Both the position numbers and the translations under genes were made by a program. Shown piece after piece: positions 8,374 through 18,764 of a DNA stretch of 50,207 nt (position 1 is its first letter; every line of letters begins with the position of its first letter). The stretch comes from a virus (lineage: Duplodnaviria > Caudoviricetes). The DNA is taken from positions 1 to 50,207 of the IMG/VR virus record IMGVR_UViG_3300024310_000011. One strand, written 5' to 3'. The notes under the pieces were generated by a model. The model saw only the letters and a program-made list of their open reading frames with translations. It made no database searches and had not been told where the DNA came from.

Positions 8374-10178
8374 TATTCAGAATCCTTTCTACGACGTTCT
8401 TCCCTTCTCAATTCCCTGGCTCTTGTTGCTTTACCCTTGATAGTCTTGATATTAGGATACTGATCTTTTAACTGAGTCTTAAGACGAAGTATTTCATCTG
8501 TACCTATATCAAGAGGCTTTCCCATCTTACGATCATTTGGACCAAACCAACCTACATCAGCAACACCGTCTTCTGAAACTGAAATCTGCACATGACCAAT
8601 CTCTTTACCCTCTGAATCAATTAACGAATGTCTCTTCACATCAGGAGCGTTTTCAAGAGGAACACCTTCACCTAACACGTAGCTTGGTTTCGTTTTGTTC
8701 TTGACTTGTGCATACAACTGTTTCTCCTGACGTAACGCCTCTCGTAGTGTATCTACATCAGACATTATCAAATCTTCACGCACATGTGACTTGAGTCGAT
8801 TCTGTAGATAGGACATACGAGCAGTAATATGCTGTATTGGAGAATCTGCTGTTGTATTATGACGAGGTAATTTCGTCGCCAGTTTTGCTTCCGTCGGATC
8901 AACACCGTGTCTCTTTATTACTTGATCTATCTCACTCTGTATCTTGGCTGCGGCAGGCACAACCGTCTTCATAGACTCTTCACCATCTCGAAGCATCGCC
9001 TCGTCAAACATTCCACTAAGCGATGTACTGGACGACTGCTTTGTAACCATTGTAAGGCGCATTAGTAACGCCTTTTGTTCCTTAGGACTTAATCTTTTAA
9101 AAGCTCCGTTAGTGTCACCTCCAGCTACTTTTTGAGCAGATTCATTTAAGGCTTTTGCTACAGCGGCTTTAGAAGCCTGTTCATTAACATTAATAGGACT
9201 AAAACGATCGGGACGTTTTCCTACAATCAATCCAGGAATTTGTTCAGTTGGTTCTTGAGCTTTTACAAAGTCCTCTACTTTAGGTCGTATGACACCCTTT
9301 CCCGCTACAAGGTCTTCAGCAGCTCCTTGTACAGTTTGTACTACTTTACTGCGTTCAATAAACTTTCCAAACACTTTAAAGAACACGGAACTTGCTTTGC
9401 TCAGTCCTAGGTCTACGAGCGCGAATGTAGCCGCATCATCTGGCAACTCTTTCGCCTTGGAACCTGTCGTCGCGCCCCATAACGTACCCGTTATCGCACC
9501 ATTCCATAGTGTCTTAATTGTAGGAGTCACGGCTTTAACAAATGTTGGATTCGTTATACGAAGTGCGTTAGCAGCAGCACTGCCACCAGATGCTTCAAAG
9601 AAGATCATCTGTGTGCCGAGACTCGTTACTTTAGTCTCTAAATCGTGTCCACCCTTATCTTGTATTCGATCTTCTAAATCCTGTGCTTGTTTGTCGTAGT
9701 AATTCTCGCTGGTGGACAACAACTTGTGTGTGTACTCGCGACCTTCTTTTGTTGTAAATGGATTAAATGAATTGGCAACGTCGAGTATATTCGAGACACC
9801 CGACAAAACTTTGGAACTAGTTTTCAGTATAGTAAGTTGCTCTTTATCACTCTTGTTTGCCAGTGTCTCCACTGCAATACGTTCCCGTACAGCAGGGTCT
9901 TGTCCACCACCTATAAACGTATCCTTGGACATCGGCTTTTCACCGATATGCTTATAGTACGGTACCACCCACTTATCATAGGCTTTATCCTTATAATACT
10001 TCTGTACTTCCGTACTCGCCTTACTGTAGACTGGATCAGAATATAACGAGTTCAGCCTGTTGCGCAACCACTGTCCACGCTTGACGGTAGGCTTCGCTTG
10101 TACCTGGGGTGTCTCAGTAGATGGCATCGCTCCTACAGGTATTGGTACAGACGTGTTTTGATCCTGTGTCGGCATCAA
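8373..10178 (-). CDS. Internal virion / ejection protein
   Basis: Position; Gly/Ala-rich hydrophobic mid-region. Confidence 0.6.
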   Translation of the reverse strand: MMPTQDQNTSVPIPVGAMPSTETPQVQAKPTVKRGQWLRNRLNSLYSDPVYSKASTEVQKYYKDKAYDKWVVPYYKHIGEKPMSKDTFIGGGQDPAVRERIAVETLANKSDKEQLTILKTSSKVLSGVSNILDVANSFNPFTTKEGREYTHKLLSTSENYYDKQAQDLEDRIQDKGGHDLETKVTSLGTQMIFFEASGGSAAANALRITNPTFVKAVTPTIKTLWNGAITGTLWGATTGSKAKELPDDAATFALVDLGLSKASSVFFKVFGKFIERSKVVQTVQGAAEDLVAGKGVIRPKVEDFVKAQEPTEQIPGLIVGKRPDRFSPINVNEQASKAAVAKALNESAQKVAGGDTNGAFKRLSPKEQKALLMRLTMVTKQSSSTSLSGMFDEAMLRDGEESMKTVVPAAAKIQSEIDQVIKRHGVDPTEAKLATKLPRHNTTADSPIQHITARMSYLQNRLKSHVREDLIMSDVDTLREALRQEKQLYAQVKNKTKPSYVLGEGVPLENAPDVKRHSLIDSEGKEIGHVQISVSEDGVADVGWFGPNDRKMGKPLDIGTDEILRLKTQLKDQYPNIKTIKGKATRARELRREERRRKDSE

Positions 10179-11530
10179 AAAATCTTATCCTCGTCGTCCA
10201 TTTCTTTACTTAGATCGTCTTCATTCGACGTACCACTATCAAGTTGTGATGTAGGCGATTGCTTGATTACTTGATCTAACTGCGCTCCTTGTTTGTCGTA
10301 GACATCCATCAACTGTTCTTTGGCGTTTTTCAACTCCTTCTTCATCTGTTGTTCTTGTATCAACTGAGGCTTACGGGTTTTATCCGCGGACGCGATCTGT
10401 ACGTCCAGATTCTTGATGTCCTGGTCGATTTGTTTAACTTCGTCCACAAGTAGTTTGTGTTGTCTCGTGACATCGGCACGCTTACTGACATTCTCCTGAC
10501 GTATCTTGGCCGATTCCTTCTGTGCCTCAGCACGTATCTTTGCACTCTCTACTGTAGCTTTAGCTCTAACATCAGTTCGTGATCCGGCACCTTCTTGTTT
10601 CATCTTTTCTTGGTCGAGTAAATAACGACCACGTTCACGTACTTCCTGTAATTTACCAGCAAGAACTTTATCTTGCATTTGCAATTTACCAAGTATCTCC
10701 GCATACTTGGCGTCATTCGTCATTATATCTTTGAACAACCCTGTCAACGCGGTGAGTGACTTATCAGCACTAGGAAGGATGCCGGCTTTAATCAAACCTG
10801 CCTGTAGTTGTACCATTGGACTCAACTGTGGTGTGTTTGGCATTCTTGACATCAACGCATCCATAGCATGTCCAGGTTGTTGTCCGGGGATACTTTGTGG
10901 CGACGCTCCACCCTGTTGAGCCGCTTGTGGTCCCAGTTGCGATGCTATAGCTTGTGTGATCTGTTGTTGTTTGGCCGCCTGCTTCTGCTGATTGTCTTTA
11001 GAGAACTTCATCATCGTCTGTGTTTCAGGTGGTGGTGGTTCACCACTTAACGGGTTATAGCCAATCGCCTTCTCAAGACGTTTCATTCGTTTGGGATCTT
11101 GGCTTAGGGCATCGAGTATTGCACGGTTGTGGGGGTCTTGTGGATTACTACTCGCCGCCGTAATCAATGCAAGGTCAGCCTCAAGATCACGGGAGTCTTT
11201 CTCTCGCTTCTTGTTAACACCCGCCTTTACAATATTCGACACGCTACTAATTAACGATGAGATGTCGTTGCGTTTCTGTCCACCTGCTGTCGTGGCATGG
11301 ATCTGTTGTGGCTCACCCATAGGTATTTGTTTAGGCATCACCGGCGTCGGCAGCATAACCTGTGGGCGATTCTGTACCATCCCACCCATATCACCACCGG
11401 ATATTTGCTGCATTATCTGTTGCATCACTTGATCCGATACTTCAGCATTACTACGTGCAGCAGTCGCGGCATCAGGCACGCTACTACCTTGTGATGACTT
11501 GATATAATCCGAAACCTGTTGACCTATCAT
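10175..11530 (-). CDS. Gln-rich coiled-coil internal virion protein
   Basis: Composition and position. Confidence 0.6.
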   Translation of the reverse strand: MIGQQVSDYIKSSQGSSVPDAATAARSNAEVSDQVMQQIMQQISGGDMGGMVQNRPQVMLPTPVMPKQIPMGEPQQIHATTAGGQKRNDISSLISSVSNIVKAGVNKKREKDSRDLEADLALITAASSNPQDPHNRAILDALSQDPKRMKRLEKAIGYNPLSGEPPPPETQTMMKFSKDNQQKQAAKQQQITQAIASQLGPQAAQQGGASPQSIPGQQPGHAMDALMSRMPNTPQLSPMVQLQAGLIKAGILPSADKSLTALTGLFKDIMTNDAKYAEILGKLQMQDKVLAGKLQEVRERGRYLLDQEKMKQEGAGSRTDVRAKATVESAKIRAEAQKESAKIRQENVSKRADVTRQHKLLVDEVKQIDQDIKNLDVQIASADKTRKPQLIQEQQMKKELKNAKEQLMDVYDKQGAQLDQVIKQSPTSQLDSGTSNEDDLSKEMDDEDKIF

Positions 11531-11539
11531 ACAACCTCG

Positions 11540-12439
11540 TTATGCGAAGAACGGCATTATTGATGACGCAATTTGGCTAGCGATACTAAGCCAATTAGGT
11601 TCTTGAGCGTGTTGTTGCATTGCGTCACCTTTTACGCCCATCAGTACGTTCAAGTAGTTTTGTACAGACTGTTGATACTCTTGTGCGAACTCGCCTTGTA
11701 AGGCGGCGTTGAATTGCGCTTCAAAGTCGCCATAACCTATTGCGGCTGTACTAGAGTATGCACTCCCTGTATCCCCAAACATTGTTTGCATCTTTGAGAG
11801 TGTCTTCGCTTCAATAGGTTTCGCGGCATTTAATTGTGCTTGCATTACAGCAGGATTGAATCCTGCCCCATTGCTCAAGAATGCTGCGAGTGCATTACCA
11901 ACACCTTTACCATATATCTTATCAAGTGACTTCGCATCTACACCGGGCAGACCAGGAAATCCACTTGTGCCACTGAATCCTGCTGTACTCGAAAATGGCG
12001 ATGATGGATTTGATACACCGGGAAGTGCTGTATCACCAATACCAAATGCCGGGAATGATGTAGTACTGCCGGGTATAGATGACGGCCCGCTAGGATTAAA
12101 GAAGTTGAAACCTGAAGTCATCCCCTGCTGTTGCCCAAACCCTGACGATGCCCACGCTCCTGTTAAACCAAGACCATTGTCCATTCCACCATTACTAAAC
12201 CTACTCATTCCCTGTCCCTGCATCCCACGTAATCCTGGCGAGTCCTCCATTATACCGTGTATTGGTGGATTTGCAATCAAACCGAAATTAAATCCACCTC
12301 CCGGTATAGAACCACTTCCACCGCCAGTCGGAGTATTGTGTTGGCCGAATCTTGATCCTGGTTCTACATTAGACGACCCGGTTAAAAACGGTGGTATTGG
12401 AAATATATTCCCGCCCGGCCCTGTTCCTGGACTTCCCAT
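11540..12439 (-). CDS. Gly-rich DNA-injection (pilot-like) protein
   Basis: Low-complexity Gly/Ser N-terminus, helical C-terminus; follows the adaptor gene. Confidence 0.6.
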   Translation of the reverse strand: MGSPGTGPGGNIFPIPPFLTGSSNVEPGSRFGQHNTPTGGGSGSIPGGGFNFGLIANPPIHGIMEDSPGLRGMQGQGMSRFSNGGMDNGLGLTGAWASSGFGQQQGMTSGFNFFNPSGPSSIPGSTTSFPAFGIGDTALPGVSNPSSPFSSTAGFSGTSGFPGLPGVDAKSLDKIYGKGVGNALAAFLSNGAGFNPAVMQAQLNAAKPIEAKTLSKMQTMFGDTGSAYSSTAAIGYGDFEAQFNAALQGEFAQEYQQSVQNYLNVLMGVKGDAMQQHAQEPNWLSIASQIASSIMPFFA

Positions 12440-12448
12440 AGTAAACTC

Positions 12449-13162
12449 CTACCCACAAGACTTCAAAACAACCATTTGTATTTGACGTTCGTTTTGGCTC
12501 GAATCCCTGTCGTATGTAGATGTACGTTGCATTATCAAGCCGGGATTTCCACGTCCAGTTTTCTTAAAATCCGGATCACCATACAACGCCTGATGATACA
12601 TTGTTGCATAGTCGGACATACGTAACTCGTGTGCACCTATGATGGCGGCGTGAAACTCTATAATGATAGACCACGAATCCGGCATCATTACAGTCTGGTT
12701 CATCAATGCAACTGGATCAAACTTATCGCACAAAAACGGATGTTCTCTTTGGTACAACATCTGCGATGCGTATGCTTGGTCAGGCTGGTTTCCCACTATA
12801 AAGTCCACACCGTGTTTCGTCCACTTTGATACTTGTCCGGGTATCTTTGACATTGACACGACAACTGGTGTCGTCCGATATTTCAAGTTGCGTCCGGTCT
12901 GCGTCATCGTTGTTGTTGTGGAAGTCCACCAACTATAAATAATCGTAGGTTTCTCGTTGTTGTTTGTGAAGTAACCAATACGATAGTTGGACTGCCCTAC
13001 AACAAAATTAACAACCGGCCCCGGTACTTCAAGCTCGTTAAATGGATATGACTCGGTAAGTTCGAGAATCGAATCTTTAATCCATAACGGACTAGACACA
13101 TCTACATCGTCTCGTCCACCGAGCTTGCGTCGAACACCGGCCATCAAATCTTTAATAAGCAT
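12449..13162 (-). CDS. Head-tail adaptor protein
   Basis: N-terminal VRRKLG helix, FVVGQSNY, PDQAY, MPDSW pattern of podovirus adaptors. Confidence 0.65.
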   Translation of the reverse strand: MLIKDLMAGVRRKLGGRDDVDVSSPLWIKDSILELTESYPFNELEVPGPVVNFVVGQSNYRIGYFTNNNEKPTIIYSWWTSTTTTMTQTGRNLKYRTTPVVVSMSKIPGQVSKWTKHGVDFIVGNQPDQAYASQMLYQREHPFLCDKFDPVALMNQTVMMPDSWSIIIEFHAAIIGAHELRMSDYATMYHQALYGDPDFKKTGRGNPGLIMQRTSTYDRDSSQNERQIQMVVLKSCG

Positions 13163-13566
13163 CAGCCACCCAAGAAGTACTCGATAGGAGCGACACCACC
13201 AGCAACAGTAAAGTTGACACCAGTGATCGTACTTGCCACCACACCATTAACAACCTGCCACATTAATACAAGTCCCCCAGGTTGTAACACAGCCATTGTC
13301 TGGTTGGCTCCGGCATTTATATTAATAATGACGGTTACAGTAATACCGCTACCGGGTGCTGCGTTGTTCTTGGCATAGAAGTTATACACATTGGCCGGAA
13401 CAGAAATACCGTTTGCACCTATGGCAAAGTTCTGGTTTATAACACCATCACCAAACACTCCATTAAGTGTCGGATTCCCCGCTCCACGATTCCAGCTCGT
13501 ATTACCGTTAACATCTGTACTGGTAATATTGAGTTGTACTGTGTTATTCGCTGCTGTCAGTGGCAT
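13162..13566 (-). CDS. Small beta-rich virion protein
   Basis: N/G/T/V-rich; structural module. Confidence 0.55.
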   Translation of the reverse strand: MPLTAANNTVQLNITSTDVNGNTSWNRGAGNPTLNGVFGDGVINQNFAIGANGISVPANVYNFYAKNNAAPGSGITVTVIININAGANQTMAVLQPGGLVLMWQVVNGVVASTITGVNFTVAGGVAPIEYFLGG

Positions 13567-13584
13567 TTTGTCACCTTTTTGAAA

Positions 13585-13938
13585 CTAGTAAATTTGTAAA
13601 ACTGCAACCGGGTTTGCTTGGTTGGACTTCAGGAATATCTGTGTCTTCGTCCACGCTGTACCACTGTCGATCAGTGATAAGCCAGACATTCCAGTACGCA
13701 CAACATGAAAGCCAGTAGGTACACGATTCAAGTTATGTGTTACCGCAAACTCCGTGTTCGCTACAAGAACTAAATTCACAAACACATGTGTATTACCTAC
13801 ATTGCCCGGTACATTAACTCCTGTTGCATTAGACATCGAACCAAGGTCTATCCCGCCGTTTACAATATCGTGAAAACGATCCAACACCTGTTGGTAATTA
13901 TTCGTTTTACCGTGTGTTGGTCGTATAGGCTTCTTCAT
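13585..13938 (-). CDS. Small tail-associated protein
   Basis: VTHNLNRVP motif common in phage tail proteins. Confidence 0.6.
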   Translation of the reverse strand: MKKPIRPTHGKTNNYQQVLDRFHDIVNGGIDLGSMSNATGVNVPGNVGNTHVFVNLVLVANTEFAVTHNLNRVPTGFHVVRTGMSGLSLIDSGTAWTKTQIFLKSNQANPVAVLQIY

Positions 13939-14549
13939 TAGATTATGTCACCATCACCGTAGGAAGCCCATACTTTTACTTTAGTAATTGCGAGTGGGCC
14001 ATCTAAAGCACTACGAAACACTTTAATTTGTGGAGCCTCGGTTGTCACCTTCACACTCGCTTTGAATGTGTGTATCTTTCCTGTCGGCATGTTGTTTGGG
14101 CCGTTATTGCCGACCGTAATAACTTGTGCATTGCCGCTACCTTTTGTCGTGTCTATATTCGGCTTGTCAGCACTTAACACCGCCAGTGTGAAAGTAACTT
14201 GTCCTAAGTCTCTATACCGAACCAACACTCTATGTATCGTAGCTTCATTGCCCGGCTCAAACTCTTCCACCTTAAAATCGTACTCAACATCCTCTTCCGT
14301 GTTGAAGTTATTTGAGTCCATCACGTAGATCATGTTGGACTTTGATATAGTATCGAACAACGGAAACAACAAGTTAATCTGATAACCAATCAACCCTCCT
14401 GTAACTGGTAGATTTGCTAGGTTGATCGTCGGATTAGTACTCGCCCCTCCACTACCACTACCACCTGAGCCACCACCAGCTGGCGCTCCAGCAGGAGGAA
14501 TCTGTCCTACAGCACCACCACCATCACTACCTGGTAGTACGATTCCCAT
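13938..14549 (-). CDS. Tail nozzle/stabilisation protein, C-terminal part
   Basis: Gly-rich leader, then a beta domain like the C-terminus of P22 gp10-type nozzles. Confidence 0.5.
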   Translation of the reverse strand: MGIVLPGSDGGGAVGQIPPAGAPAGGGSGGSGSGGASTNPTINLANLPVTGGLIGYQINLLFPLFDTISKSNMIYVMDSNNFNTEEDVEYDFKVEEFEPGNEATIHRVLVRYRDLGQVTFTLAVLSADKPNIDTTKGSGNAQVITVGNNGPNNMPTGKIHTFKASVKVTTEAPQIKVFRSALDGPLAITKVKVWASYGDGDII

Positions 14550-15697
14550 TACAACGTGTACACATTTCTAGGCTTCGCTGTGAAAACCTTGTTGTTAAAA
14601 ACTTGTGCTGTCCAGTTGTCCTGTTTGATGTCGTATATCCATATCTTTGATACGTTGTTTGCGAGTGGTATAACGAGCCAGTATGTTAAGTACACGTAGT
14701 CAATGTTGATATACGGAACGATTGTACCTAGCACAAAACCATTCGCCTGTGCAATGTCTTGTTTTATAGCGTTGAGAGCACGGCCACCTACCTGATCGAA
14801 GCTGTTAGGTGTCAACTTGTAAATATCATCATTAGCCATAAACATATGCATCGGGCCGTAGCCGCTTAAGGTTTGAGCGTTAATCGAACCAATACCTCTA
14901 TCAGACGCCCACAAGTGATCGAAGTCGAATCCATTACCATTGCCGTTAGGTATCATCTCGGAGATACCATTACTACGATAGATATAGCCAACACGACCTA
15001 GTGGTAGGATACCTGTAATAACATCAGGTACATCAAACTCATCATTGAAGCCGGCACCTAGATTCGTTGTGACATCCCACGGTGTTAATCCAGCAGTGAA
15101 ACTGGGCGCAGTAGAAGTCCACCTGATACGAAACGGAAAGACGTTTGTTGTGCCACTAAGTGATTCTATTGTGTAGGCTGTAATGAGTTTAGCATTCAAT
15201 TCCATCAAGTAAAAGCCACTAAACACCGTCCCATTTGCGAGATTGCCAACACTCTGTACCGTGTTCGTCATCCCATTCCACTGGAAGATACCTGATCCGG
15301 CATTTGTGAAAAAGAGATTCGTTTGTAGTATAGCATATGAATAAGGTATATCCGGCTGTGTTGATCCAAAATTAGCCAACACAAGCCACGGGTTTGTTCC
15401 GTGTTGTATCATGTATTGCCAGTTACTACTTAGTTGATAGATGGCAGTACGTGTGATACAAACAGTATGAGCGACGCCGTTTATATCTTGAAAACAAGTA
15501 ATACAGCGAACCGCAGTACCATCCTGCGGCCCTTGCATTAGAAACATGAGTGCTGGTCGTGAACGTATCTCACCATTACGAAGAACAACATTCTGCAAAA
15601 ACGGCGATGACTGCGGGGCAATGTCTGTTTCTGGCATTGACACGTCAACACCTTGAAACGGCCCCGCATACACCGGCTTTATTTGTTGTGTTGGCAT
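14549..15697 (-). CDS. Tail nozzle/stabilisation protein (beta-propeller), N-terminal part
   Basis: FQGVD...SPFLQNV...GEIRSRP start, RIRWTS, KIWIYD propeller motifs. Confidence 0.7.
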   Translation of the reverse strand: MPTQQIKPVYAGPFQGVDVSMPETDIAPQSSPFLQNVVLRNGEIRSRPALMFLMQGPQDGTAVRCITCFQDINGVAHTVCITRTAIYQLSSNWQYMIQHGTNPWLVLANFGSTQPDIPYSYAILQTNLFFTNAGSGIFQWNGMTNTVQSVGNLANGTVFSGFYLMELNAKLITAYTIESLSGTTNVFPFRIRWTSTAPSFTAGLTPWDVTTNLGAGFNDEFDVPDVITGILPLGRVGYIYRSNGISEMIPNGNGNGFDFDHLWASDRGIGSINAQTLSGYGPMHMFMANDDIYKLTPNSFDQVGGRALNAIKQDIAQANGFVLGTIVPYINIDYVYLTYWLVIPLANNVSKIWIYDIKQDNWTAQVFNNKVFTAKPRNVYTL

Positions 15698-15990
15698 TAT
15701 CCCTTGTGTACCGTTATTGACAACTTACCACTCACTAATGTAGGCACAAAAAGCCCCGATACCCAAGACGGACTGGCTAAAATAATAGCCGTATTCGCTG
15801 CTTGGGCCTTGGCATCTACAATGATCTTGCCATTTCTATCTTTTATCACTACCTGATCTCCTGCGGCTACTTGATCCGACCAGGTTATAGAAATAGCCTT
15901 AATCTGTGAACTTACTATATGTCCAGCACTCGGTGGTGTAGAGTAAGCGGTGTCAATAGACCACGGATTTACTGTAAAGTCGTTTGCCAT
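15697..15990 (-). CDS. Small virion protein
   Basis: AGGAG RBS; GLFVPTLVSGKL ending. Confidence 0.6.
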   Translation of the reverse strand: MANDFTVNPWSIDTAYSTPPSAGHIVSSQIKAISITWSDQVAAGDQVVIKDRNGKIIVDAKAQAANTAIILASPSWVSGLFVPTLVSGKLSITVHKG

Positions 15991-15998
15991 CTTAACTC

Positions 15999-16200
15999 CT
16001 ACTCAGTGCAAGTTAGTGTGAAAGGTGTATTGTTAGGTTCAGTAAGCGACACACTAAACGGTGACGGCCCACCACCTAATGACCCCATCACGTTTTCATC
16101 GTCAAGAGTGTTATAGTTGCTGGCCACGTTCATCAGTTGAAATACCGGAAATCCCTTGATATTGCGAACGACAAGCAAGAATTGTTTTTCCATTTTCATT
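15999..16200 (-). CDS. Hypothetical protein (start uncertain)
   Basis: GAGG RBS before MKMEKQF. Confidence 0.45.
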
Positions 16201-16219
16201 CCTCTTTCTTTTTCTTTTT

Positions 16220-16891
16220 TCAAAATGTTATAATACTACTATCTGCCACTGCTGTATTTGGAGCATTAAATCCTATGATCTTCGCTGCCCAATCAACCGA
16301 GCCACCCTTGCCAGTAGTAGCAGTAGTAAGAGAGTGATACGTTCCGGCTGACGTGACAATCTTATATTGCGTGAGACCAGCTCCAGCGAAACTTTCAGCC
16401 AAAGTCCATGACGCTTCGCTTGTTACTGAAGTCTGTCCTGAAGTTGTGCCTGCCATTTCACTACCAAATAGAAGTTCATTGGGAAAAGAGGTAGCAATAC
16501 CACCAGAATCTTGCGATAAACCAGTGCCAGTGGCAAAAGAGCTAGCATCAAATGACAATCCAGCGGGAAACTCATGAACAGCAACTATCACCCCAGTTTG
16601 AGGCGTAAGTATACCGTCAGTCATTGTCGCTGTAACAGTATTAGGCCCGACTTTTGCGCTAAGACAGTAGAAAGTTTGCTCCCAACAGGTCGCAGGTACA
16701 TTGGATCTAACTGGTAGCGCCACATAAATATTCCCCTGTGAATCAGAAAAAGTTATTATGGCAGAACCATTAGAAATAGAAGCTGGCTTACCAACGAAAA
16801 CTACCAATAGGCTTCCTGCTGAATTGTCGCCAGGAAACGTTACCGGAGCATCTGTTCCTTGAGCAGATTGTAACATCGGGCCTATTGGCAT
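16220..16891 (-). CDS. Ser/Thr/Ala-rich beta protein, probable virion surface protein
   Basis: GSLLVVFV...SDSQGNIY module; composition. Confidence 0.6.
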   Translation of the reverse strand: MPIGPMLQSAQGTDAPVTFPGDNSAGSLLVVFVGKPASISNGSAIITFSDSQGNIYVALPVRSNVPATCWEQTFYCLSAKVGPNTVTATMTDGILTPQTGVIVAVHEFPAGLSFDASSFATGTGLSQDSGGIATSFPNELLFGSEMAGTTSGQTSVTSEASWTLAESFAGAGLTQYKIVTSAGTYHSLTTATTGKGGSVDWAAKIIGFNAPNTAVADSSIITF

Positions 16892-17250
16892 GGTATCTTC
16901 CTTCCTGCTATCCGCTCACTATCAAAAATCTTCTGTCGTAACTCAAAATATTCAGGATTCTCTGCACTATGTTGTGCCCATGTAATAGCACAACAATGTA
17001 TTGTACAAATAGGTCGTAGATGTAATGGTATAGTACATCCAGTCGGCCCCATAAAAGGAATCTCGTGACCTGTCGGTTGAAGTACTATACCATACCCATC
17101 CAATGCAAATTTAGCTGCCATATCACAGTATTTCTTCTCACAACAATGATATGGCTTCTGTGCCAACACACCACACCCACTACCAGACATACATAATGGC
17201 TTAGTAATGTCCGCAATCTGTTGGTACAAGATTTGTAATTCTTCTGCCAT
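16882..17250 (-). CDS. YkgJ-like Cys-cluster (Fe-S/Zn) protein
   Basis: C...C...CC...C...GCTIPLHLRPIC pattern (CxI...RPxxC). Confidence 0.65.
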   Translation of the reverse strand: MAEELQILYQQIADITKPLCMSGSGCGVLAQKPYHCCEKKYCDMAAKFALDGYGIVLQPTGHEIPFMGPTGCTIPLHLRPICTIHCCAITWAQHSAENPEYFELRQKIFDSERIAGRKIPCQ

Positions 17251-17251
17251 A

Positions 17252-17806
17252 CTATGTTACAGTGATATTCAGCGTCAAATCAAGTATCTTACAAGTAACA
17301 ACACTATCAAGATTAAACTCCAAAACATCTCCTGCTGCTATAGCTACACTTGTCCAGTTTGACAAGGGCCCGAGATTCTCATTCTTTTGTACAGCCGCAA
17401 GAGTAGGTTTGTCAGTACCTGCTATACTCACTATTGTTGGAAATCCTGAATAAGTACTTCTCAAAACATCTATAACAGCATCCCCTGCTGCATCCGCGAG
17501 AAGAACCCAACCTGTTATAGTACACGCACAAGGAGCTGACCATCGTTGTTTCGCTCCTGTTGCCGGAGTTCCAGCTCCACCGTCCATATGTATTGTGATG
17601 GAGCGTTTTAAACTGTTTAACGAATACACAGTATGAACTACACTACTACCATCCGTGAATTTTAAACTATTATCATCAGTAGACCACCAAAATCCCCACG
17701 GATCAGGTGGATTAGGGTCATGCCCCCATGAAACGTGATCGCCACATAAAGTAGCCGTTGTATTAGATGGAGTTACAATACCTGCAAAATGTTGTACATC
17801 AGCCAT
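17252..17806 (-). CDS. Virion fibre/decoration domain protein
   Basis: DGGAG...TITGWVLLAD...VID...AGDVLEFNLDS domain seen in phage fibres. Confidence 0.6.
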   Translation of the reverse strand: MADVQHFAGIVTPSNTTATLCGDHVSWGHDPNPPDPWGFWWSTDDNSLKFTDGSSVVHTVYSLNSLKRSITIHMDGGAGTPATGAKQRWSAPCACTITGWVLLADAAGDAVIDVLRSTYSGFPTIVSIAGTDKPTLAAVQKNENLGPLSNWTSVAIAAGDVLEFNLDSVVTCKILDLTLNITVT

Positions 17807-17825
17807 TCGAAATCTCCCTTGTCAC

Positions 17826-18509
17826 TTAGTTGTAGTTATACTGTACGTGAAGTGTGCCGCCGTACATTTGATACGTCCCACCGGCAGGCGTTGTTGCGTC
17901 CACTTCGATTATTAACTCGGACAAGTCCGTAACATTAAATGTAGGCGAAGCTACTGCAATTAATGTAGACTGTTTTAACGCATTCGCAGCAGTAGCAAGT
18001 CCATTTGCGGCATTAGCCACAATGTCAGTTACAACTAAGGCGGCTGGTGTGCCAGGAGTCGGCTTTACTGTTTTGGAGATTCCTGCTGTATGTACAGCAA
18101 GAGGATTTGTACCTATAAAGTAATGTAATACAACATCAACAATCTTGACACCCTTCGGTAGAAATCCTGTTTGCGGCGTGATATTGAGTTGCCCGGTTTG
18201 TGGAGGCGGGCCAATACTAGCATCAGGGTCGCTTGTATTAGCGACAGCGGTTGGTCCAGCAACCCCAGCAGCAGTACCAAACTGTTCCTGTAGAAATGGT
18301 GCCATTCCTTTACGAAACAACAGACCCGTAACAGAACAAATCCATTTTCCTGCAAGTGACGCGGCCATGTTAAACGATACATCGCCTTTGGCATTGAGAG
18401 TGAGTGTAGATGCACCAGCACCTACTGAAAAGAAGTCACTCGCGTCCATCGGCAAGAACGCATCTGTAACGGGTAGTTTCTGTTCAAAACGTCCATCAGT
18501 ACGACTCAT
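17826..18509 (-). CDS. Virion structural protein
   Basis: A/G/T-rich; GGGAGG RBS; downstream of the capsid gene. Confidence 0.6.
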   Translation of the reverse strand: MSRTDGRFEQKLPVTDAFLPMDASDFFSVGAGASTLTLNAKGDVSFNMAASLAGKWICSVTGLLFRKGMAPFLQEQFGTAAGVAGPTAVANTSDPDASIGPPPQTGQLNITPQTGFLPKGVKIVDVVLHYFIGTNPLAVHTAGISKTVKPTPGTPAALVVTDIVANAANGLATAANALKQSTLIAVASPTFNVTDLSELIIEVDATTPAGGTYQMYGGTLHVQYNYN

Positions 18510-18566
18510 ACTATAATCCTCCCACCGGGTTTCTTCTTCACCGGCACATGGGTGTGTTGAGGCTTG

Positions 18567-18764
18567 TTAAACATCTGATTGTTTATAGACTGTAACTGAA
18601 CCTTCTTTACGATCAAATCTATAAAGTATTCCACCTTCTTCGATAACTCGTGGTAGTGCAAGACTACCAGAGAGTTCGAGACGGAAGTTGTTGTTTTCTT
18701 TCACTATTTCATCCTGTTTGTTAACAAGACGTATATGTGCCACAATAGCTCCTTTACGGCACAA
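18567..18764 (-). CDS. Hypothetical protein (true start probably internal GTG)
   Basis: AAGGAG within the 5' end. Confidence 0.5.
   Translation of the reverse strand: MCRKGAIVAHIRLVNKQDEIVKENNNFRLELSGSLALPRVIEEGGILYRFDRKEGSVTVYKQSDV

Noticed and set aside
11856-12485. 209-aa plus-strand ORF and other long antisense ORFs in the track
   Set aside because: Shadows of genuine genes on the opposite strand; no RBS or recognisable motifs
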